A stretch of DNA of 64,000 nucleotides from Sarea resinae (Eukaryota): NCBI GenBank assembly GCA_026026165.1, contig JAPEUD010000022.1, forward strand, positions 186,001 to 250,000. Reading direction: 5' to 3'. Made by a program: the position numbers and the translations under genes. The first letter of the stretch is position 1, and the number at the start of each line of letters is the position of its first letter. The notes beneath the pieces were generated by a model. It was not told the DNA's origin, ran no database searches, and saw only the letters and a list, made by a program, of their open reading frames with translations. Shown piece by piece: positions 1 through 11,250 of this stretch.

Positions 1-804
1 TTCCCGGTAGATATTCGTAACACTGAAGCATCATACGAAACTCAATATGGCATGGTCAAGAGGCCTACCCATTACAACACAACGTAAGTATCCTCAAAAA
101 GCCTCTTTGTGAGTGAATGGCTAATTCGGCATAGCTGGGACATGGCCAAATTCGAAGTCTGTTGCCACAAGTGGGCAGATCTTTCAGAGCACTCTTATGG
201 TGTCTCTATCTTGAACGACTCGAAGTACGGGTTTGCGACCTGTGGTAACTTGATGCGCCTATCTCTATTACGTGCCCCCAAGGCACCAGATGCACACGCA
301 GACATGGGTGAGTAAATAGTCTAAGAGTCAGCGAGAATATCACGTCTCTTACTAAAACTATTTTTAGGTCGACACCACATCCGGTATGCCATCTTTCCCC
401 ACGTCGGGCCGGTCGATGCGCGGACCGTACGGGCGGCTTTCAACTTCAACAATCCCATGAAGGTGCATTCTCATCCTTCTCCATCAGAGACGAGTTCCCT
501 TCTCAAGGCCGTTACTCTGGAGGGCTCTTCGACTTTGATTCTCGATACTATCAAGCGAGGCGAGGATGACGTGGATGTATCGCGCGGTGAGCTACCGAAA
601 CGCTCAGGCAAGAGCATCATTGTGCGCATATACGAATCACTGGGGGGCAAAAACAGGGGCACAATCGAGACGACCCTACCCGTGAAGAAGGTATACCAGT
701 GCAACCTCCTCGAGGATGACGGCGAGGAATTGAGGATCGAGGATGGCAAAGTCAAGATTGAGTTGCGGCCCTTTGAGGTTGCCACTTACAGGCTGCAGCT
801 GTGA
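1..804 (+). CDS. AMS1: Alpha-mannosidase (GH38), 3' portion; begins before the window
   Basis: Exons 1-83, 135-307 and 368-804 splice to [83 protein letters not shown], typical of the GH38 C-terminal region; GT-AG introns at 84-134 and 308-367. Confidence 0.92.
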
Positions 805-1055
805 GCTAAAAGGCAGGGAAAAGTAATGGCAGAGATGACTAGAACAATTGATGCGATATTGCTGACGATGATTTGATTGCTGATGAAGATGAGAAAGGAA
901 GGCACTATCAGGACAGATTGGCAATATTGTAGGAGTCTTCCGACGATCTGATTGACACCTCTGGCCCAGTCTGGATCTCTCTCATATATCATGTTTGTGA
1001 TGTGACAGGCCACACTTGCTTATCATCAAAGAACATGTCGCTTCCCATTCTTGGT

Positions 1056-1222
1056 TGACTAAGGTCAGGCCGAGTATTAGGTAATCGAGGCGCGAGGGCT
1101 CAGATCGGGTCATATCTGATCTCTGCGCAGCATGACGGTGGGTCGGGGTGCTTCACGTGACTCATGACTCCGCCAGCGTCTTTGCCGGCACTCTTGGCCG
1201 GTCTGGAACGTCGCTTTACTCA
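1056..1222. promoter_or_regulatory. Cluster of AP-1/Yap1-like bZIP sites plus an E-box upstream of thioredoxin reductase
   Basis: TGACTAA 1056-1062, CACGTGA 1154-1160, TGACTCA 1158-1164, TGACTC 1165-1170, TTACTCA 1216-1222; motif matches only. Confidence 0.45.
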
Positions 1223-1614
1223 GCAAAGAGCCTTTTCGACCCCTCGTTTGGCTGGTCCCTTAGAAATCGGGAGCGCACGAAGTAGCGGTACTTGATGATG
1301 GGGATCCCGTTTGGTGGTCGGATGTGTACTCGCCCCCTCCTCCCTTCCGTCCTGTCGCCGTCTCCCATGGCTGGTCCGTGGTACCGGCTTACACATTCGC
1401 ATTTTCCTCGACCGTACTAGTACATGGACCAGCTTGCGCTTACGTGCTGGGATCCGCATGGAGCAATCGAGCCGGCTGCAATGTGATAATCTCGACCCCA
1501 AGAATTCTCCCGTTTGCCTTGGCCGACAGTAGTCGTAGAGTCTGTCGAGTAGGGTCAGTAGAGAGGGAACAATTGTTGAGGTAATCGGCCTGGTAGGAGA
1601 GACCCGAGTCGAGA
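1221..1614 (+). ncRNA. Candidate structured RNA element, family unassigned
   Basis: Several nested complementary segments (1298-1308/1449-1459, 1370-1380/1423-1433, 1490-1496/1608-1614, 1521-1526/1585-1590) with G-U pairs favouring the + strand; no credible ORF. Confidence 0.4.
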
Positions 1615-2160
1615 CTACCGTTCGATCATCTTCATCCTCCTTCTCTGCTTCTTGTTCCTCTCCTTCTTCTTCGATTTCCAATTCCATCACCTCTACCTGT
1701 GGCGTTCTAGATTGAAGGTACTCGAGTCGAGACGAGTGACCATTGATATCAACATCGTTGATCGAGCCATATCTAACGCCCTTCCCGCAATCTGATCCTC
1801 TACTTCCATCTGCACCTCGACGTCAACTCTTCGCTTCGAGCTCCCTCCAACAACGAAAATCTTCGAGACATCCTGGGTCGCTGTACGGACAGAATTACCC
1901 CACACGCCCATTGAACTGTTCCCCTCCTACTTCATTCTCTCCATACCTATCATCTATCTCCAGAACCAGCAGTCATCTGCTCGAACCTTTTAACCTTCAA
2001 TCTGTTTTCTTTCGCCTTCAGACGATCCTCCTCCCTTCCCGTCCGTGCAGTCCTTGGTGTACCAATAGCTGCAGCGGCTTCTTTGCAGCAGAAAACATCG
2101 GTTTCTGCGACTTTACCCTCGAAGACTCAAACTTTATTGGGCAAGGAAAGAATACGCAAA

Positions 2161-3444
2161 ATGCATACAGGAGTTGCCAGTAAGTGGAATGAATGCTGTC
2201 CCTTGACTGTTTGCTAATTTCCTGCAGTCATTGGTTCGGGGCCTGCTGCCCACACGGCGGCTATCTACCTCTCGAGAGCAGAGTTAAAGCGTGAGTTTCC
2301 TCGAAAGTGTGGCCTTTGGCTATAGACTGACACATTCCATAGCCGTTCTATATGAAGGTATGCTTGCAAATGGCATCGCAGCCGGTGGCCAATTGACCAC
2401 GACGACCGATGTGGAGAACTTCCCGGGTTTTCCGAAGGGCATTGGAGGGGGCGAATTGATGGTGAGTTCAGCAGCTGCAAATTTACATCGCGATGAAACC
2501 TCTTACTGATCACATCGCCTCAGGACGAAATGCGCGCCCAATCTGAACGTTTCGGTACCGAGATAATATCTGAAACCGTCTCTCGCGTCGATCTCTCGAA
2601 ACGCCCTTTCAAGTACTGGTTAGAGTATGCGGACGGTCCCGATGATGCTCCCAACACAGCAGATGCTCTCATCATTGCCACTGGTGCCTCGGCCCGCAGA
2701 CTCCATCTTCCTGGCGAAGAGACCTACTGGCAAGCTGGTGTCTCGGCGTGCGCCGTCTGCGATGGCGCAGTGCCAATCTTCAGAAACAAGCCTCTGTTTG
2801 TGATCGGCGGCGGAGACTCTGCAGCAGAGGAGGCCATGTTCTTGACCAAATATGGTAGCGCTGTCACGGTTCTGGTACGGAAAGACAAGCTACGCGCTTC
2901 CAAGACCATGGCCAAGCGGCTCTCAACCCACCCCAAGGTCAACATCCTGTACAACAGTGTGGCCACGGAAATCAAGGGCGAGAAGGGTCTGATGTCCAGT
3001 CTCGTGATCAAGAACGTCGTCACGGGTAAAGAGGAAGAGCTCGAAGCCAACGGACTTTTCTACGCCGTGGGCCACGACCCGGCCACCACGCTCTTCAAGG
3101 GCCAGATCGACACTGATGCCGATGGCTATATCCTGACCAAGCCAGGCACGAGCTACACTAGCGTGGAAGGCGTCTTTGCTGCCGGAGACGTGCAGGACAA
3201 ACGCTACAGACAGGCTATTACTAGTGCTGGTATGTATTATCTTCTCATGCGATGACATCCTCAAAGTCATCAAATCAAGTTGCTGACATATCTATTCTCA
3301 GGTTCTGGCTGCATTGCAGCCCTAGAGGCCGAGCGCTTTCTCGCAGAAGCTGACGCAGGCGTCGACAACGAACTCGAGACCGAAAATGGGGCCGAAAAGG
3401 CCAACGGCAACGTTCCCGAATATAGATCCAACCCCCTCCTATAG
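2161..3444 (+). CDS. TRR1: Thioredoxin reductase (low-molecular-weight type)
   Basis: Exons 2161-2179, 2228-2290, 2343-2461, 2524-3229, 3302-3444; motifs [30 protein letters not shown], redox [33 protein letters not shown]. Confidence 0.97.
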
Positions 3445-4342
3445 AACGACTAGAATAGATGCGTGCCTGCACAGCATAGCATTAGAACGCGAACGAGATT
3501 TTTCCTTTTGAGTTAGCGGAAAAGGCATGGCACCGGTAGACCAGAAGTCCATCTACTTTCAGATCTCTTCAAGATTAAAGTGACTAGAGAAGCAGCGGAA
3601 GAAAGCATCAGCATCTCGCGGCACGCCGCGGTATCAATCCTTTCCGTCTCTCAATCGATATATTCACGGTGCCGTCGACGGAGATGTCCCGAGTACCCAT
3701 TAGACTTATGTTGTGGCCTGTAGTTGGTCTGAGTGTCTGGTTTCTGTTCTGTTTGTTCTCCATCTGTTGTAAATAGGGTCTGAATGAACATCTTTATTCT
3801 CTTCTGAACTTCCAAGATTTTCGAACATGCCATCAGAACATCAACTCTCGTATTTGAGCAGCAGACTTTGGAACGCAACCCGACAAGTCGCTGTTGTGAG
3901 CGGCTAGCCCGATTGAGATTTCATACGACATCATGGATCCGTGGATCCATCTCAAGGGAGGTACTTTGTTCGCCGTGTCAGTTGGGTGTGATGGCCGGTA
4001 CCTTCTTTATCGACTGTCATGGACTGTCTACCCGCTTACGTACCTGGCTGGTCGACCCCGTACCTGCGCTGTAGCTCCTCCGTCAGTCTAGTTCGGCGAA
4101 CAGCTGCAGCTTCACTGACCACCTGCACCAACACCACCAACACCACCAACACCATCATTGTGTCCTCAGCCAGATTACTTAACTCTTATGTGTCAAAGGA
4201 ACATCATTAACCACAGACTGGCTACTCCTGTATTCGACATCGTCCGCAGCTGCTCTTCAACTGCACCCGGAGACGTTTGATCGCTCGCCAGCCTTTCTCT
4301 ACTGACGGTCTCCACTTGGCCACGATCGCCTCTTCGACCGCG

Positions 4343-5932
4343 ATGGACCACGACGATTTTGATAATGTGTCATGGCGGAATAATCCCGAGAGTGAAGGGG
4401 AGTCTCCAGCAATTGCCGGCATAGAGCAAGATGATGGCAGAAGTACCCGGCACGATGTCAATGGCAAGAGGAGGTTAAGCACCGAAGACCCGCAGGCGGG
4501 TCCCAATGCCGATGCCGTCGACCTGGCGGGAATAGGTGTAGATGGAAGACTGGACTGTACCGTGGATACGCCCCAGAAAGAGAACGACGGCACCAAGGAC
4601 GCTTTCGTGTCGTATTTGGTCACCACTCATGTAAGATATTTCCCGTCGGAGTGAACATACAATCAAACCCCCCATCAGCTTGAGATCTTCTTATTTGATT
4701 GTCCCGGGACGATTCCTGATTGCCCATCACAGACCGACTTCAAATCATTCCAGAAGCCCGACTTCGCGGTACGCCGCCGGTTCACCGACTTCGTTTTCCT
4801 CTACAAGACCCTCTCACGAGAATACCCCGCATGCGCCGTGCCCCCCCTCCCCGACAAGCACAAAATGGAATACGTCCGGGGTGACCGCTTCGGTCCCGAC
4901 TTCACCCAGCGCCGCGCCCATTCACTCAACCGCTTCCTCCGCCGAATGACCCTCCATCCCGTCCTGCGCCGCAGTCCGCTCCTCCTCGTATTCCTTGAAT
5001 CGCCCGAATGGAACGCTCACATGCGACTTCGCCCATCAAGGGGCTCATCCGTCTCGGACCCTACAGGTGCCGGAGCTGGCAGCAACAGCGCCTCTAGCTC
5101 CGTCTTCGACAATTTCACAGACACGTTCTTAAACGCCTTCAGCAAGGTTCACAAGCCCGATAAGCGCTTCATCGAAGTCCGTGAAAAGGCAGACAAACTC
5201 GACGAAGACCTCGGTCACGTCGAGAAGATTGTCGCCCGCGTCGCACGGAGAGAAGGCGATCTCGAAGCAGATTACAGCGACCTTGCTACCCAATTCCAAA
5301 AACTAATCAACCTCGAACCCAACGTGGAGCCAGCCATTCACTCCTTTGCCACCTCCGTCGAAGCCTCTTCCTCTGGTCTCAGGGGCTTGAAAGAGCACAC
5401 CGATCAGAATTACCTTGGCTCTCTCCGCGACATGGAAGCCTACATCGTGGCTTTAAAGGCCCTGCTCAAGACGCGCGAGCAGAAGCAACTCGACTTCGAA
5501 GCCCTGACAGACTACCTCAACAAAGCGGCCTCGGACCGTGACATCCTAGCCTCGTCTCACGGCTCCTCCTCTCTGACCGGCCCCGGTGGCTTTCTGCGGT
5601 CGAAGATCGAAGACGTCCGCGGCGTCGACCACGAACAATCCCGTCGTGAACGTGTGCGCAAGCTCGAACTCCAGATCGACAAGTTGACTCGCGAGGTCGA
5701 GGATGCAAAGAAGACGACCGAGGCCTTTGACGAGGAGGTTGTCCGAGAGGTGGCGGATTTCGAACGCATCAAGGCGACCGAGTTTAGGGATACTCTTGGT
5801 GGGCTGGCGGATGCCCATGTGGATTTCTACGGTGGCGTCATTGGCACTTGGGAGGCGTTTCTACGGGACCTGGAGCTGCAGGGTGCGGAAGAGGCGGGGG
5901 GGAGTGCGGGGGGACACGATGCTGGGGCGTAG
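4343..5932 (+). CDS. SNX4: Sorting nexin-4 / Atg24 (PX-BAR)
   Basis: Exons 4343-4630 and 4733-5932; PX motifs VSYLVTT, VRRRFTDFVFL, VPPLPDKHKMEYVRGDRFGPDFTQRRA, followed by a BAR-like coiled coil. Confidence 0.93.
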
Positions 5933-6652
5933 TGAGGTGTGGCGGTTGTATTCTGCTTGATGAGTCTGAGGAGGCAATGCACGGTACAGAGAGCGAGATG
6001 CCTCCTTTTCATTCGAGCCAAAGTGCAACCAAGGGCGTTTCTGTTGTCATCATCATCATGATCATCATCGTCGTCATCGTTCATTCCCCTTCCCCTTCCG
6101 TTGTTCGTGTAGAGGCTTCCTTGCTTCCCATAATGAATGGCACATGATCATGAAACATCTACACCTTTGCACCTCACACGGCAAGCCATGCAGTAGGTAG
6201 GAAGTGCTTGAGGTGAATGCAACGAGCGGAGTGAAGCGATGCGCCACGCAAGAATTGTCTCCTTGTGCTCACTCTATGCTCGACGCCAATCTCACAGTTC
6301 CCATCACATTTTCGGTGTTGATGCAAATCTCTTCAATTGAAGGCAAGGAGGCATCCCTCATCCGGGGACAAAGACGTCCACTACCCAACAGGTACCTCCA
6401 GCTAAGCTCGCGCCGCGCGTATCGAGCCAAGTATCCTACCTACTACGTAGTAGTATCCTACCGATTTAACGAGATCGGCGTTGGGTCTGACCCTTTGAAA
6501 GTATCCCCGTCCCCTGATATTATTATCATTTTGATCCTTTCTTCACTTCTATCCGTCGAGCGGAGAGAAGGAGAGGAAGCCAGACGATCTCTTCGAAGCT
6601 TGGATATCGAGTGGGGATGTGCTTCTCGCTCTCGGTGCGATAGCAACTAGGA

Positions 6653-9505
6653 ATGCGCCCGACTGCGGCTTTGACGCTGCTGGCTTTGGCATGCGCATCT
6701 GCTGCCTCTTCTGTACGACCACGCACCTACGATACCCATGACTATTACGCCCTGCATCTCCAACCTACGACTTCACCCCGTCAGATTGCGGGCCTGCTGG
6801 GCTTGGATTATCGAGGACAGCTTGGAGAGCTAGAAGATCACCACATCTTCTCATCACTGAAGCACGACGGAGATGTGGTCGACGATGCAGTGCAGACACT
6901 ACGGCGAAGGAGGCGGAAACGGGAGGCCGACTCGGGTCTCGAGGCTCTAGATGGCGTACTCTTCTCACAGAAGCAGAAGCTCAAGCCAAGGTTGGAGAAG
7001 AGGGGGATCATCCCGGAGCGCGCGGAGAGCGCGACAACAGTAGCTGAAGACCCGCCGCAGTCCGTTGACGCTGCCATTGCCAGGCAGCAAGAGATTGCCC
7101 GAGCCCTGGAAATCGAGGACCCGATATTCAAAGATCAATGGCATCTGTACAATCCCGTACAGATCGGACACGATGTCAACGTTACGGATGTGTGGAAGCA
7201 AGGAATCACCGGACACAACTCGACCGTGGCCATCGTCGACGATGGATTGGACATGTACAGCGACGACTTGAAGGATAACTTCTTCGCGGCGGGATCGTAC
7301 GATTTCAACGATCAGACTGAGGAACCGAAGCCGAGGCTATCGGATGACCGACACGGCACCAGATGCGCGGGGGAGATCGCGGCGGTAAAGAATAAGGTCT
7401 GTGGAGTGGGTGTGGCATGGGACGCCAAGGTCGCCGGGATCCGGATCCTTTCCAAGCAGATCTCTGATGCGGATGAGGCTGAGGCGATGAACTACGCATA
7501 TCAGGAGAATCAGATCTACTCTTGTTCGTGGGGCCCACCAGACGATGGGCAGTCGATGGACGCTCCGGGAATCTTGATCAAAAGAGCTATGCTGAACGCG
7601 GTTCAAAAAGGTCGCGGCGGCAAGGGATCAGTCTACGTGTTTGCCTCGGGGAATGGTGCGGCTTATGAGGATAATTGCAACTTTGACGGTTATACCAATA
7701 GTATCTACAGTATCACTGTGGGTGCCATCGACAGGAAGGGCCTCCATCCGTTTTACTCGGAGCGATGCTCTGCACAGCTGGTAGTAACTTATAGTAGCGG
7801 CAGTGGGGATGCAATCGTGAGCATCGTCTATCTTCCATGAACCATCCAGGAACTAATGGGAATTTCTAGCATACCACTGACGTAGGGACCAACAGATGCT
7901 ACTCTCAGCATGGAGGAACATCCGCCGCCGCCCCTCTCGCCGCCGGCATCTTCTCTCTCGTCCTCTCAGTCCGGCCCGACCTGAACTGGCGCGACCTCCA
8001 GTATCTAGTCGTCGACACGGCTGTGCCCGTAAACGAGGAAGACGGATCTTGGCAGGAGACCGCGATCGGCAAGAAATTCAGCCATCGGTTCGGCTACGGC
8101 AAGCTGGACGCCTACGGCATCGTCGAGGCGGCGAAGACTTTCAAGTCGGTCAAGCCGCAGGCGTGGTATATCTCGCCGTGGATGCATGTCAAGCATCCGA
8201 TTCCGCAGGGTGACCAGGGGCTGGCGAGCACGTTCCAAATCACGGAAAATGACTTGAAGGCGGCCAATCTCGAGTCGCTCGAGCATGTTACCGTTACGAT
8301 GAATGTGGAGCATGGGCGCCGAGGCGATCTGAGCGTCGATTTGCAGAGCCCAAGTGGGGTGGTCAGCCACCTCAGCGCGACGCGGAAAAACGACGCCAGC
8401 AAGGAAGGTTATAAAGACTGGACTTTCATGTCCGTCGTGCACTGGTACGTCTAGTCCACCAGAGATGGCGACGATTTGCTAATGAAACAACAATAGGGGC
8501 GAGTCAGGCATCGGTCTATGGACGGTCGTGGTCAAAGACACGCAAGTCAACGAATACAACGGCACCTTTGTGGACTGGAAAATCACTCTGTGGGGCCAGA
8601 GCATCGACGGCTCGAAGCAAGACCTTCTGCCCATGCCCACGGACCACGACGACGACGATCACGACGTCACGACGCCAAGCACCACCATCTCCGGCGCCGT
8701 CTCTACCACCTCGCTCTCCACGCCCGCCGCAGCCTCTACCGACATAGAGGCGCGACCAAGCGACCACCCGGACCGGCCGGTGAACCAAAAGCCTTCGTCT
8801 TCGACCACGCCATCCCCGTCCTTACCTACGTCGACATCTACCCCATCACCCAGCCCAACCAGCACGAAATCCACCTTCCTCCCCTCCTTCTTCCCCACGT
8901 TCGGCGTCTCCCACCGCACCCAGATCTGGATCTACGCCTCGCTGGGCCTGATCGTCCTCTTCATCGTCTCGCTTTCCGTCTACGTGGTGCTGGTGCGACG
9001 ACGACGCCGGCGCCGGCTCGGGCTCGACGGTTCGACGTCTTCCGCCGCGCTCAACCGGGACGATTACGAGTTCGAGATGCTGGACGACCAGGACGCCATG
9101 GGTCTTTCCGAGACGCGGGGTCGGGGCCGCGGAGGAGTGACGAGTGGTGGTGGTGGTGGTGGTGACGGAGGAGCAGGAGCAGGAGTGAGGAGAAGTGGTG
9201 GGATGCCGGGAGCGACGTCGGCGGGTAAGAAGCGCGCGGGCGAGCTGTACGACGCTTTCGCGGGCGAAAGCGACGAGGACGTCTTTAGCGATCTCGACGA
9301 CTCGGTCGACGATGATAATGAGGAGGAGCTGCGCCGGACGCCGGACTCGGACTCGGACGACGACGAGGACGGGCTGCGCGGGTATCGGGATGACCGGTCC
9401 GAGGCGGGCGAGGGGGGCGATGTGGCTGATTCGAGGGATGGGCGCGGACGTGGCCGTGGACGGGGGCCCGATGGCAAGGAGGAAGAGGAGGAGTTGTTGG
9501 GTTGA
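6653..9505 (+). CDS. KEX2: Kexin (subtilisin-like proprotein convertase)
   Basis: Exons 6653-7816, 7870-8444, 8497-9505; signal peptide, VAIVDDG, HGTRCAGE, GGTSAAAP catalytic motifs, P-domain, Ser/Thr linker, TM helix, acidic tail with YEFEML and ELYDAF. Confidence 0.97.
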
Positions 9506-9689
9506 GCATGTGGGGGCTGGTGAAGCATCGTGTATCAAGTACTCTACTTATTGTTCTTTCTGTAGTCAGGATGCTGGGTATAGCTGCGGTTGTTAGGCAG
9601 CATAGCATAGGGCGGTGCTGATCAGTAGTAGTGACTAGGAAGCAATCACTTGGTCGATCGGAAAGAATAAAACAAAAGGTTTCTGGCAT

Positions 9690-11060
9690 AAAAGAAGAAG
9701 AAGAAGAAGAAGAAGACGAAGAAGGAGAAGAATAGAACAGCTAAGGTAGAGAGCTAGAGAGAGAGAAAAGGAAATGAAAACAAACAGACCTCTCTCTCTA
9801 ACACCTCTTCCTGAAACCACCTCACCTCACCTCACCTCACCTCACCTCACCTCACTTCACCTTACCTTACCCACCTTACCTACCTACCTACCCACCTCCC
9901 TCCCTCCCTTCCTAGCTCTAGAAAAAGACACCTACCTACCTCCCCTCCGAGCTCCTAGAAAACCCCCTACACCTACAGTACGCCTACACCTACACCTACC
10001 TACCTACCTACCTACCTACCTACTTACCTACCTATTCTCTATACTAAGAATAAGAACAAGAATAAAGAAACTAGAGCACCTAGGATACCTTATATCTTAT
10101 CTTACACAACAGGAAAGAAAAAAAAGAAAGAAAAAGAATAAAAGAATGTTTCTTTTGTAGTCTGTGGCTGTAGCTCTAGCTAGTAGCAGCACCACCAGCA
10201 CTAGCAGCACCAGCAGCAGCACCACCGCCACTTCCAGTAGTAACAGTAACAGGAGTAGCAGTAACAGGAGTAATAGTAACAGTAGTAACAGTAAAACAGT
10301 CCAGCCAACTCCCTCCACCTCCCTCCGACTCGTTCAGTCAGCCAGTCACTCAATCTGGCTTAGAGCAGAAAGAGCAGAAAGAGCAGAAAGAGCCTTGGAA
10401 CTTACCTACCTACCTACATAGTAGACATGGACTCAGACTCGGACTCGGACTCGGACTCGGACTCGGACTTCCGAAACTCGAGCCGAAAAAACATCCTAAT
10501 GTCGAGTGAGTTGTTGGTGTTGGTGATAGGATGGCGATAGAATCGAGTTAGCGATAGAGTCGGAGTTGGAAGTCGGGAGTTGGGAGTTGGGAGTTGGTAG
10601 TTGCGAGTTGGGAGTTGCGAGTTGGAGGTGGAGTGGATCCTGAAAAGAAAAGAAAAAAGCTTCGGACCTCAGAACCTAAGCAAGTAAATAAACATGAATG
10701 AACCTCGGCAGACTTTTGCGCATGAAGACGTTGGAATTTGGGAATTTGGGAACGTGGGAATTTGGGAACGTGGGAAACTTGGATTTGGGAGTGGATCCTG
10801 GAAAATTCGGGCCTCCAACAGAACATGGAACATGGAATATAGAATATAGAATATGGAATTAAGATGACTTGACTAAAAGACTTGCGTATGAAGTCTCCAA
10901 AAACTAACAAAAACAACCATCATCCTCTTTTCCTGGTAGGATCGGGGGGGGGGAAGGCTGAACGCTGAATGCTGAATGCTGAATTCTGAACGCTAAACGC
11001 TGAACACTGAACGCTGAACACTGAACGCTGAATGCTAATCGCTGAATGTCTGACTGAACG
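9690..11060. repeat. Microsatellite/low-complexity tract between convergent genes
   Basis: (GAA)n ~9693-9730, (CACCT)n ~9818-9860, (CCTA)n ~9995-10033, (GGACTC)n ~10429-10468, GCTGAAY-like 7-mers ~10957-11050. Confidence 0.85.
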
Positions 11061-11250
11061 CTAAACGCTATCTATTTGCCCCCTGAAAGATAGAATAAAG
11101 AGAGGACGATGCTTTACCTCTCCTCTTCTCTTTTCTTCTCGTATCGCTTGTCTACCTTCCATCTGACCAGACCAGACCTGCTGGACCGGTTGATCGCTCA
11201 TGTGGTTCAAGAGTGTTATTACTACACCACACTGCCACTTAGTCGAGGGG

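Noticed and set aside
1271..1300. U3 box B/C-like sequence GAGCGCACGAAGTAG...TTGATGA
   Set aside because: No U3 5' box A region and no suitably placed box D (CTGA); the segment instead pairs within the long stem reported as a finding
9635..10916. Several 60-130 aa ORFs with poly-Leu/Ser/Thr runs
   Set aside because: Translations of microsatellites
10429..11050. Short tandem arrays that might suggest CRISPR or telomeric repeats
   Set aside because: Units are 6-10 bp with no spacers, the context is eukaryotic, and no TTAGGG array is present
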